Positions 13,701-25,770 of a stretch of 64,000 nucleotides of DNA are shown in pieces. The stretch is from Ostrea edulis. Lineage: Eukaryota. A program made the translations under genes and the position numbers. Numbering within the stretch: position 1 is the stretch's first letter; every line of letters begins with the position of its first letter. The stretch is from NCBI RefSeq assembly GCF_947568905.1, contig NC_079168.1:36146001-36210000 (forward strand), read 5' to 3'. Under the pieces are notes generated by a model that searched no databases, was not told the DNA's origin, and was given only the letters and a program-made list of their open reading frames with translations.

Positions 13701-16700
13701 CTTGAGTCCTACTATGCAGGAGGCCACTGGATCTCCCTGTAGTTGAGCCTCTTTGACCAAGTTCTGTATTTCTGTCCAGTCAATCTGATTGGCCAGAGCA
13801 CTCCTCACAATCAGCAGGGCCTGATCCACCTAGAGATTATGTGTGATTAGTATATCAGTCATCTTGTATTGTATGTACATGTATTCTAAATAATGATGCA
13901 CAAGCTTCGTACACAGTCAACAGCCATCACGTTTAATCAGCATTAACGATAACAGTCCAAACAAAATGATTCAAATTCAGATTACACATTACAGTACCTG
14001 TTCTATGCAAATCTTACTAATATAGTTCTTTTAAAAGTCTCTAACTAAGAGAAATGATCTTACCAATGGCAGGTTTAATTCAATCAAGCGGCCCTTATTG
14101 ATATCAACTTCTTGGTCTTTCTGTAGTCCATCTATTCTCTTCTCATGATCTTTCTTGATGTTGTCCAGCTTTTTGAGAGCTGACTTTTCCTTAAATAATA
14201 ATATTTTCTTTGTAACATACTTTCTCTTTTAGAATATATGTATATATTGTCCCCATTGCATGTACATGATCATCCATTCATAAATATTTACCAAAATTGT
14301 TTCTAAAGAAGATGGATTTACAGTATTTTATATAGACAATTGTATGGCATTGATCTTCATATTTTGTTCTATTAAATGATTGATAAAGTGAGTTGAAAAA
14401 ACCAGGGCAATATATTTCATGATAATTATTCTTACAAGCAGGTATAACATTCCTAGAATATAATATTACCTGTTGTAGAGCTTTCATGTCTAATTTCTGA
14501 CTCTCCAGTTGGGAAAAGAACTCATCTACAGATTTGTTGTAGTTTTCAAACATACAATGAGGCTTGTTTTCAAACTGTTTGAACAACATGGGATGGAACT
14601 CTTCATATCTGCCAGTCAATTAAAATCAGACTTACAATTACACTGAGGTTCCAGTTAATCAAAATCAGAGTTTAAATAACATTCCAGTAAATAAAAATCA
14701 GAGTTAACCTTCCAGTTAATAAAAATCTGAGTTAACAATACAATGAAGTTCCAGTTAATCAAAATCTGAGTTAACATTACACTGAATTTCCAGTTAATCA
14801 AAATCACAGTTAACCTTCCAGTTAATTAAAATCTGAGTTAGCAATACACTGAAGTTCTAGTTTACCAGTATAACAAATTTGTGACAGCGATGGAATTGTA
14901 ATCCTATTTTACAATGTGTTCCCGCTACAAACACCTACGTTAACAGTTCTGATGGAATTGTAATCCTATTTTACGATGTGTTCCCGCTACAAACACCTAC
15001 GTTAACTGTTCTGATAGAATTGTAATCCTATTTTACGATTCCCGCTACAAACACCTACGTTAACAGTTCTGATGATTCTCCATCCTTGAATGTTACTCGC
15101 TTCTCTTTCTTCTGGATAATCACTCCCTGTATGGATGAGTAATAATCAACTACATGTATTTCTAACTTTGTTCCATAAAAAACATAATTTTCCCTTAAAA
15201 CTATCTTGTATTATTGAATGACACAGTAAAAATGATGCTGGTCCTTTTCATAAAATATCTTGTAGCTATATTGAAAAAAAAAATTCCCAACACCTAACAA
15301 TCAACTAAGCATCACAATTTCTGACATATACATGTATGTAATTACCAGTGTATTTAAAGACAAAATTTTGCAGTTTGAGACAGCCATATATAATTACTCT
15401 TTCTCACATTATCACCAGTTTGAGATCGACTTTACCCATGTTAGACAACCATATGAGATTTTTCTGTCTCACACTGGTGTGACGTCATTTGATTGTGATT
15501 GTCATATATTTTCTAGGATTTACGTTACACAGTGAATCAAAATATTTTGCATTGTTTTCTTTAAATTCTAATGTGATATAGCTTGCTGGTGGACAACCTT
15601 GGGGTTTTTAGTTTACGCTTATAATGTGAACCATTTTTGGGTATGCTCTTTCTGTCTGTCTAATTTGTTTTGGCATTGAGGTTCAAATGAGGATTTTAAC
15701 AAGAGGTACTAAGAGCAATGCTCACTAAGAATACCCCCCGCTTACCCCAATCTCCCAAAGAGTGTTGTTAATAGGTATAAATTACCTCTTTCCTGAGAGT
15801 AAAAATATGGTATGCCTTTGTAGAAGAAAATGGAAGATATAGTCCGAACACAAATCCATGGCTTAAACCTATAATTTTGACCTTGAGATCAAAGGTCAAG
15901 GTCATGAATGTACATGACACATAGTCTCATAGTGATACACCCATGTCTTATGGTATGACTATGTCAAAACCCTATAATCAATTTTGACCTTGAGGTCAAA
16001 GTTCAAGGTCATATAGAGGTCGTGAAGGTACCTGACACATCGTCTCATGATGATACACTCATGTGGTAAATATGGTATGCCTATGTCAAAGAACAAAGAA
16101 GTCATGGCCCTGACACAAATCCATTGTAAAAACCTTTAATTTTGACCTTGAGGTCAAGGTCATATGGAGGTCATGAAGGTACATGACACATCGTCTAATG
16201 GTGATACACTCATGTGTCAAATATGGTATGCCTATGTCAAAGAACAAAGAAGTTATGGCCCGGACACAAATCCATTGTAAAAAAACACTTTAATTTTGAC
16301 CTTGAGGTCAAGGGTCAAGGTCATATAGAGGTCATGAAGGTACTGGACACATCGTCTCATGGTGATCCACCTGTGTGCCAAATATGGTATGCCTAAGTCA
16401 AAGAACAAAGAAGTTATGGCCCGGACACGAATCTGCATAGACAGACAGACAGTGATTCCTATATACCCCCTGAACTTCATTCGGGGGGTATAATAATTTT
16501 GAATATTTTTTTTGAAAGCTCCTGAATTTATGCATTAAACTGTAGGCAAAATGTGAGAAAAATAATCCTTCATTATTTACTTGCACTAAACTGTGGGAAA
16601 ATGTGCAAAAAATAATACTTTGTTATTTACTCATGTGGCATCAAGAAATTCCACCTCTGGAACAAGATTTGCTTTCGAGGACTCGACAAAGCCTCGTCCT

Positions 16701-19700
16701 AGACTGCAAATTTTGTTCCTTCAATGGAATTTCCCAATCCCATACTTGTACTAATGAAGAATTATATTAGTCTTTGGAGGTATGGTCAGTTGATGAATTA
16801 AAAATCAATTACATTGTACAACATTTGACATTCCTATTTCCCCCTCTTTTTTTATGTTTAAACTGGCAATAGATCTTTTCAAACTCTTCTAAAATTAAAT
16901 CTAAAATTACATTTCAATATGTCATTTCTGCTGGTTTACATACCTGACAAGGTTCCGATGATAATTTTGTCATTAAAGATTCTGCCATTTCTATTGCACT
17001 TTTCAGTTTATCCATATCTATTTCATGTTTAAAGAATTATGAATGAAAAAAATATACATGTAACATCAAAATTAACAAGAGGCACGTGTATCAAAATCAA
17101 TCACTAAGAAAACACAAAACAGTCAATGAAAATGCATTTCATATTCACTAACCTTCTGTGATGATGAATCCTTTTCCAATTTTGACATTTTCTGGCAACC
17201 CAATAGACTGAAGGCAATGCTCAGTCAAAGCAGGTCCATAATCTAAAATGAACTCACACAGGTATAAAATTGAAAGGACACTCACACTTGACATTGAGAC
17301 TGACAATATAATGGATAAATCATTTAAAAAATCATGACACAAATTACATATATCATATTACCAGCAGCCTACCATGTCTCATATACATGTACAAGGACCC
17401 AGTATTTGAGAAACAAGATGATGACAAGACACCACAAAGATTAAAGCATTGTAGTCTACTTGAAATTCTTGTAAACTGTAAAATCCTTAATTTTTTGCAA
17501 GGAATTAATTTTCATAATTTCATGGTACATACACTGTGCAAATTTATCAGGACCCATTAAATCATATCCTCCATAAAATGTGACAGTCAATTAAACAGAA
17601 AATCATGAAATCAGACCCTACAAACAAATATTATTTTCTTAGTCATCAAATTTTGACCCCATCAAAATGGGTGCATTTATGGTACACTGCATAAAGTTTT
17701 ATACTTACCAAGATATGGAAGCAAAACTTTCTTCAAAACTTCCCCAACTTTGGCTGCCAATATCACTTCCATTAACCTTAAGAGAACAAAATCAATTATA
17801 TATTCAAAGAGCACAAGCTGCCTGCCTTATCAGAAGTATCAGACTTATCAGAAGTTCCATCTCAAAGAGATTAATGCTTCCATCAACATGAGATGTGATA
17901 CACAAAAAGTCTGAATAATTGTTTGAAAATTTTGACCTCAGAAAAAAGAGAAAGAGAGATACTATACACCATGATAATACCAAGCATGCATTCACACCAA
18001 AAATATTTTTAGCATAATACTTAATAGGAGATAGAATATAAAAGGGGGAAGGAGCTGACCCCATTTTTACATTTTTTTCGAAAAATTTTATGGATCCCTT
18101 TGTTTTTGTTGCTCCCCCCCACCCCCCCCCCCCCCCCCACCCCACCACCCTGAAATTGCTTTCAACAGGTCTGAGCAAGATGTTATTTCACATAAATCTC
18201 ATAAACATGCAATGTTACATCATCAACTTCATTCAAACAGATAAATAACGGTAGAATAAGCATGTACATGTAGTCCAATAGTTGCTGTTATTTCAAAATC
18301 AGCTCTCTGGTCACTTTCACATATCTTACTTTTCATTGGAGGGTATGGAATGTTGCTTGGCAGCACTGATTGGATAACTTTCTCGAACAGCAAACTTCAC
18401 ATCCTGGCATGTGTCAGTTCGGGGTCGCAGAATATTTAAAATGGTGTACTCAAAATCTGTCAGTACCACATTGCCCTTAATAACAAAAATATCTAACATA
18501 CATGTACATGAATTATAAAATCATACAACAGCTACTTATGGAATAAAGGTCTAGATGGTTGATATCATGGAGTAATTTGTATGAGAGGCAAAGCCGAACA
18601 TGCAGAAATTACCTCATGCTTCCAATATTTTCATTTCCCCGATAATCCAAACAACCTTGACATTTATTCCTCACTTCTATATTTCATAATAAAACCTTTC
18701 ACTTTATAAAGTATCGGCTTTTATGTCAAGTAGAAAGGTATATTGCAATTAGCACATCCATGTTTTTATCCAGAAGTGGAAACAAGAAAGGTCTATTACA
18801 CACAAAACATTGGTTAATGTAAACATAGCAACCTGAAGTACTTTTAAAAAAGATTTTAACAAACATGTGGTTTATAGTTAAGAAAACAGATAACAGGTTT
18901 ATGCACTCTAACAGTGCAGCAGTTTTGCTGTTACAGATGTAATGCCATTATATGACGTTTCAAAACTCTTCTTGCTACAATAACATGCACTGTGTTCCTT
19001 TGTTAAATTCATGATAATATCTTTAAATGTGCCAACTAGGGTACATGATATGCCCATGTAGATCCACATGTACAATTTACATATGCATAACTTTTGTTGG
19101 CATGCTGTGACATTTTCAAATTGAGGCCACAGTGACCTACTTTTGGGTTGTGGCACACCTTCCACCCCACCCCTACCACCCCCATTGGCTGACCAAGTTT
19201 AATGGTCATAGGCCTCATAGTGTGTAATATATGATCCAGATATGATTTGAATATGTAGAGCCATAAAATTCCAGAAGGAGGTTACAGTAACCTATTTTTG
19301 GTTTGTGATGCATCTTCCTCCCAAAATGTTTTGAGTTTGATAGGCCTAGACGTCACAATGTGAAAGATATGACCCAAACATGAAAGAGCTGACAGACAGA
19401 CAGACAGGAAAGCCTATATCATAATACATGTCCAGTCTGTCATAAAACAGGCATATATCTCAGCAGTAATTTTATCATTACTTACAGTATTGTCATGCAA
19501 TACAGTGTACATTTATTCTGTTACATGAACTACATTTTCTCCAGTAAACCCTACATTCAATACTGAAACTTTTTATCATGATAGTACTCACTGAGTGGAT
19601 AGACAAAAGGGTTTAGAATATTACAGGTTGTCAGACAAAATAACCTATCATAAAGCTCCAGTGTAACACTAATTAAGGTTTAGAATATTACAGGTTGTCA

Positions 19701-21153
19701 GACAAGATAACCTATCATACAGTTCCAGTTTAACACTAATTTGGGTTTAGAATATTACAGGTTGTCAGACAAGATAACCTATCATACAGTTCCAGTTTAA
19801 CACTAATTTGGGTTTAGAATATTACAGGTTGTCAGACAAGATAACCTATCATACAGTTCCAGTTTAACACTAATTTGGGTTTAGAATATTACAGGTTGTC
19901 AGACAAGATAACCTATCATACTGCTACGGGGTAACACTAATTTGGGTTTAGAATATTACAGATTGTCAGACTGGATGACCTATCATACTGCTCCAGTTTA
20001 GCACTAATTTGGGTTAAGAACATTATCGGTTGTCAGACAAGATAACCTACTCTGTCATACAGCTCCAATATAACATGATAAGCTGCCTCTCCAGAACCAA
20101 ACTGTAGGTCCACGATCCTGTCCAAGCCCAATTGGCATATGTTCTCTAGGCGTCTCCCTTTAATGTGCTTCCTCAGCTAAATAACAACAGCAGAATTATA
20201 AACTTATACATGTACAGTACATGTATATTATTTTCTTGATTACTGACATCAAAGTTGAGTTCCTAGGCCTTTTGTGTGATGTCACAGATGAGTTAAAAGA
20301 GATAGTTCCCAGACCTCTTTTACAGCTAGGAACTCTCTATAGAGTATTATATATCTTTAAAAACTATCAAAATAATATACATGTTAAAAAAATATCAGAA
20401 TAATATACTTATTAGATAGAGAAATAAAATACAAATGAGTAATAATTATTCAGTATACGGCATTACTTTTATCAACACATGATTTTGATTTACCTTCATG
20501 GAAAATCCAGATGGTGCCATATTCTTTGGCCAATCATACTCTGTTCCATGTATACGAATGCCAGATTCAATCAAGATGACAGCTTTATCATCAGGTCTAC
20601 AATAGTAAACCATATGAGACATGTTTGTATCAGACCAAAAAATGTACACAGATCAAATGCACAAAATGTGCTCAGTGTTTGTAATTTCAAATATCTAATT
20701 GATTCTTGATAAGAATTTCATAGAATTGTCCTTAATGTATACATTAAATATTTTTAAAGCAAAACTTTACACCCGTTGTGGCCCCATCCAGACAATTGCC
20801 CATTTACAACCATAGAGACACAAATAAAACTTCAAGTGATTTTTTTGAAAATTAGTGACAAATTATCGTTTTAGAGATACTGGTATCTATAGAAATTTGT
20901 CCATATGGTAACTTACTTTCCCAGTTTGATAAGGTAGGTTTTGGCATCCACATCATACACATTAACTACTCTCATTCCATAAAATCTGAAAATAAAGTAA
21001 TATTCAATAGGGTTGAGGAAAAAATGAATTTGACATTATCTGTATCTCGAATATGGTTTATCTCGAATACCCTGCTTGAGTTGAAGTCGACCGCCGGTCC
21101 CGGCCGTTTTCCCTATATAAATGATTTTAAAAACTTCTGATATTTCGAACACC

Positions 21154-21184
<31 letters not shown>

Positions 21185-23312
21185 ATTTTCAAGGTCCCAT
21201 GCCATAAATTCACCTGGTTTATCTTGAATTGCAGTCAATTTTCCGCTCTGCTTACCATGCCTGGCGTCGTAAGTCAAAAATTCACACCCGCGGCTACACC
21301 AATTATAATTAATGACGGCTAATCCACGCTCGCCTTTTCCGAGTAGACCCAGGTCACAATAAATTGTTCAACAGCTTGGGTGATAAGTGAAGCCTTCACA
21401 CATTATGGATTAAGTCCACCGCCAATTATGAACTAACACGCCCGATTCCAGGGGTGGTGTTTTGAGTGACACACGCTATGGGTTAGATAAACGCACAAAA
21501 TTGTCGAAGTGCGCTTGAAGGTAATGCTCATAATAACGATAATGCATATAATAATACACGTTTTATCATTAAAACTAGGACAGAGAAAAAAAATTTATTT
21601 AATTAACATTTACAAGTTTTTTGTTTTTTTAAATCCGTCTTTTTTGTTTCTTATGTGATAGATTCTTTCACTACAACACAATGATAGCTACATCCCAGTC
21701 GAGCCTAGACATTAGTAAACTTAAAGTAAGCATACAAGCACGATCATCTTAATTTTGAAACACATTGTGAATTCAATGGGATGTTTATATATATTTAAAA
21801 AAAACGAAATATTTGTCTTCGAAATTCCGCCATATCAATTTATCAACTTGCATTAAACTATAAGAAACAGCAACGGGGTTGTTGTTTATAATGCAAATCT
21901 CATATTATGCATCAAATATCCTCCTTCAAAAAAAATAATATTCAAGATCGATTTTGGATATCTCGAACCCCCGGATATCTCGAAGTTTTTTCGAGGTCCC
22001 TGTACATCTAATGACTGTACATCTAATGACTAGTATGTTTTGTAAGTTCAAAAAAAAATTTATCCTCTAAAATTTCCCGGCACACCAAATTTTACATACA
22101 TGTATAATGACACACCAGTGTGCAACATTAATGACAGACCAATAAAGAAAAATCTATAGAAAATGCGTCCTGTATATAGCATGTCAAACATTTTCTGACT
22201 GATTTGTTTATAGAGTCAACACAGCGTCAAGTTGGTGAAACATTTTACATGATAATTCTCATGCGTGCAAGAACCATGATTAAATAGGATAATGAAAAAT
22301 GACTATGTAAAGTCCTATTCTGTATATATTTTGTTATGTTTACAGTGCTCCTGTTGGGGTGAGCATAGCACCTATTCATTTAATGCAGGAAATAACGCAG
22401 TTGATGTAACCAGTGCATTGTGGTGTCATATTCAGCTTCGCTGTGTTTTCTTTCAAACAAAACGAGCTAAGTGTCAAACAATATCCATCTCAAAATATTC
22501 ACAAATTAAAACATTATCTATTTTTTATAGTAAATTAAATACTTCAGTTTTGGTTTAAAAATAAAATAAAATAATTGTGAGATCCATCCTAATAATCAGA
22601 GGTCTTGAAGGTTACAGCTCAAAAAAGTGCCCGATTTTTTCACACATTCTAAATTATAACTCTTTACTCAAAGGCTTTGTTTTAAAGGGATAAAGATGGC
22701 GGCACCCTGGGTGAGACCAAAAAAATTTTGTGATAATACATTCACTTTCATTGCTCGTTTTGACTAATTTTCTTTTATACATGAGTTACCATTCAAGCTT
22801 GCTGCGCTCACTATCAATTAACAATTCAACACACGAGAAAGGTGGCCGACCCAGGGGAAAACCCCACAAAAAACAGAAATGGAGAAACTTGTAGAAGAAA
22901 CAGGAAGTGACAGAGAAAATTGAGTAATAAAATGATAAAATGTTGATAAAAGAAATGGGAAACGAATAAACTATACAATAAAACATAACGAATACTAGTT
23001 CTTTGTTGCTGGCCCATAAATAATCAGTCAGGTACATGTAGTACACATATAAGCACTTGGAGTACTACTTTATTTATACAGAAACCGAGAAAAGCCGATT
23101 TCATGACATCAAACACAAAATCATAGTGAAAGAAAATAAAAATAGCAGGCAAAAGCCCTTTGCATCCCATCATCTATATGTTTTATCTGACATTTGGTTA
23201 TGAAATATGTGTACCACGTGAAATGAAACTACCTTTCTAAATAACGTTAAACCAACCTTTTCAACTCCTTTATCACTACAGCTATATCAACTGTACTAAA
23301 CCTCGACTTCAT
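1752..23312 (-). CDS. NEMF: Nuclear export mediator factor / ribosome quality control subunit NEMF (Rqc2 homolog), 27 coding exons, 3'-partial
   Basis: Exons (high to low): 23257-23312, 20917-20985, 20494-20596, 20051-20176, 18330-18475, 17709-17776, 17153-17242, 16944-17017, 15059-15126, 14470-14608, 14064-14189, 13669-13829, 12937-13044, 12020-12083, 11697-11785, 11444-11547, 11082-11144, 10780-10950, 9912-9970, 8653-9035, 7421-7502, 7166-7206, 6831-7059, 6205-6282, 5374-5542, 4167-4225, 1752-1805. All introns are GT-AG and phases are consistent (2979 nt, 993 codons). Diagnostic peptides: [108 protein letters not shown]. The NFACT-C (DSLTG...) exons were not found in the window. Confidence 0.96.
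2999..3278. mobile_element. hAT-like MITE with 5-bp TSD
   Basis: Perfect TIR CAGGGCCGTAA / TTACGGCCCTG; GTATT duplicated at 2994-2998 and 3279-3283. Confidence 0.8.
3350..4012 (+). mobile_element. Degenerate HINE-like element
   Basis: Repeated gtttgataatcctagcc units, (gaca)n and a terminal ccataat...gacccatctacgatgggcatatcaaaa hairpin. Similar remnants occur at about 1215-1520, 19080-19460 and 35200-35830. Confidence 0.5.
5661..6128. mobile_element. Tc1/pogo-type MITE
   Basis: TIR CCGTATATACTCGCCTATAAG / CTTATAGGCGAGTATATACGG, flanked by TA on both sides. Confidence 0.85.
9006..9715. repeat. 68-bp minisatellite spanning the NEMF exon-20 acceptor (9 near-identical plus 2 degenerate copies)
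   Basis: gctgtcatcc recurs at 9021, 9089, 9157, 9225, 9293, 9361, 9429, 9497 and 9565. Confidence 0.95.
14612..14860. repeat. 28-39-bp minisatellite adjoining the NEMF exon-10 acceptor
   Basis: The motif ccagtyaatyaaaatcwgag occurs about seven times. Confidence 0.8.
14888..15074. repeat. ~60-bp triplicated unit containing the NEMF exon-9 donor
   Basis: acctacgttaac at 14933, 14995 and 15053. Confidence 0.9.
15698..16494 (+). mobile_element. HINE-like non-autonomous Helentron with internal tandem repeats (NEMF intron)
   Basis: 5' aacaagagg...; internal repeated units containing ttttgaccttgaggtcaa; 3' (gaca)n followed by the hairpin ataccccctgaacttcattcggggggtat. Confidence 0.75.
19609..20075. 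repeat. 67-bp minisatellite (7 copies) overlapping the NEMF exon-4 donor
   Basis: Unit starts at 19609, 19676, 19743, 19810, 19877, 19944 and 20011. Confidence 0.92.
21040..22018. mobile_element. pogo/Tigger-like MITE remnant (NEMF intron 1)
   Basis: Repeated tatctcgaa motifs at both ends and a terminal ...gactgta. Boundaries are approximate. Confidence 0.5.
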
Positions 23313-23829
23313 TTTATATATATTATAATTAACAGAACGTCAACGAATCAGGTATATCATTACACGACGTTCCAAGAACTATTTGTCATATCAATGAAAT
23401 ATTATTATCAGTGTTGACATTTTGTAACTTCCGGTTTGACTAAACTGCAGAATGTCCTCGGATGTATATATCCGGGAACTTGTACAAGTGCTCGTTTGTG
23501 CGGAGAGTTTCGAAGCTTTGGTGGTGGGGGAGGGGCGGGGGGTCTTCAGTAAGAAACTAAATGTACAACAGCATTCCATTTTTTCCAGGTCTTATGGAAA
23601 AGGCCAGAATTATCTTTAGAAAACTATTTTTAAAAAAACAAAAAACACACACCCCAAACTAACAAAGAAATAGATGTCGTCAAAATAAATAACATTCTTT
23701 GTCATAAAAAAGTTCAGTCTTGTATTCCAAAATATTTCAAGATCAATTTTAGTCTACACCTCCAAACTTCTTAATTATACAAACTTTGCAATGCCTAGAA
23801 TGATATAGACCATCTTATTCTTCGTCTTC

Positions 23830-25770
23830 TTTCAACTATAGTCCAGCTGATCGACATGTCGATCATTACTGGTGTTGTTGATAAAGTTGAAAATGAGGAC
23901 CTCAAATCACTTATTCTAAAAGGTCCTTTAATACAGATCTAGAGAATCTTGGTCTCCCAATTGGCGACAGAACTTCATCTCTATTATGAATTATGTCGAA
24001 AATTGTGCCAGACGATGGGTTAAATATGAGGGGGGGGGGGGACAAAAAACAACATGCATGTGATACCTTGTCAGAATGGATTAAAAGTATACGAGAAATA
24101 TTAAGATCCCGTGTTATACAGTGTCCGTACCACCTATCCTTCTGTGTTTAGTAAACCAGAAGTGATGAAGGAATTAGATAGGTTACATGAGGAATATGTT
24201 TTAGTTCAAGCTGACAAAGCTTGTAACAATATTGTCTTTGTTTGTATTTGGCTCATTATTAGGCTACAACTAGTTGTGTCTTACACGAACTTGGCATTAG
24301 TTCCACATACATGGTAATCGTAGTTATACTTCAGCTACACTTTCACAAGATGAAATTCTTCAAAATCATCCTTCAGTTTTAGACACATTTAATATCCCAG
24401 TCAATAACGTGGATGAATATGAGTTACCGTACCTATACTGGATTCCTAAACTTCACGAAAACCCTTATAAAGAAAGATACATTGCTGGATCGAGTAAATG
24501 TTCTACCAAGCCCCTACCTTTGCTCATCACGAAAATATTAGCAAGCTGTGAAGGAGAAACTTTAAACGTACTGTGCCAGAACATATGCCAGAAGTTGTGG
24601 AAATCAAATGTGGATTCTAAAATTTGCTAAAGAACTTTTAAACAGTAAATTTTAAATCGCAAAACTTTTCTCAAATCAACAACATCAAAACGTATGACTT
24701 TTCAAATTTTTACACAACCACTCCTCACCATAAATTAAAGACGAGGCTTTTTGACATCACAGACAGTTGCTTCTTCAACAAAAAAGGGAAATAGTCGTAT
24801 CTAGTGGTCAGTCATCCAAAAAATTACGTTGTTAAACACCACTCTGATTCCACACACAAGTACTCTGATGTTGAAATAAAAAATATGCTGGAGTTCCTCA
24901 TTGACAGTATCTTCGTGGTCTTTGGTGATCATGTCTTCCAACTGTCTGTTGGAATTTCCATGGACACGGATTATGCTTCTTTGTTAGTTGACCTGATTTT
25001 ACATTCTCACGAAGCAGAGTTTATTCAAAAACTTGTACATGACAAGAAAAAATATCTTGCTGTGGCCTTCAACTCGACATTTAGATATATCGACGACGTT
25101 TTATCTATTAACAATAATCATTTTCATTCATATGTTGATTCGATATATCCCCGTGAACTCGAGATAAAAGACATCACAGAGTCCTCCTCATCTGCTTCGT
25201 ACTTAGATATTTTATTGAAAATGAATATTAATGGCAAACTAACTACTCAACTGTATGACAAACGGGACGATTTCATCTTCTCCATAGTCAACTTCCCATA
25301 CTTGTGTATAGCAATATTCCAATATTACCTGCATATGTATGGATTGGTGTTTATACATCTCTTAACTGATTCTATACGCAAGAGCTTGTTCTGTGTATGA
25401 TCATTTTTAAAATTGAGATACACTACTGACAAACAAATTGATGTTACATTGGGTTTCAAAAGTCTCGTTTAAAGTCAGCATTTCGCAAATTCTATGGACG
25501 ATATAATGAACTAGTTTGCCAATACAACCTATCATTGAGTAAATGTTTCATACCGATTGTTAGGTCATTCTTGGCACACTGATTTTGATTACAGATTACT
25601 CCGTTTACTTGACCAAGACATGGGGCTCATGGCGGGTGTGACCGGTCGACAGGGGATGCTTACTCCTTCAAGACACCTGATCCTACCTCTGGTATGTCTA
25701 GGAGTCAGTGTTTGTCCAACTCTTTATTTTGTATTCCTATTGATCACTATTCGTTATCTTCACCTTTCAT
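23830..25770 (+). mobile_element. Penelope-like retroelement (probably Naiad/Chlamys type), 5'-truncated RT pseudogene
   Basis: Frame-broken RT motifs: LPYLYWIPKLHENPYKERYIAGSSKCSTKPL, IKTYDFS, GISMDT..SLLVDL, TFRYIDDVLSIN, YLDILL, LYDKRDDFIFSIVNFP. Upstream is a KGP.YRE-like segment. The conserved 3' tail is also present, inverted, at about 59532-59610. Confidence 0.8.

Noticed and set aside
22690-22720. aagATGGCGGCACCCTGG|gtgag, resembling a plus-strand gene start with a donor
   Set aside because: No downstream plus-strand exons were found to connect it to; it is probably TE-derived or a chance YY1-like motif.
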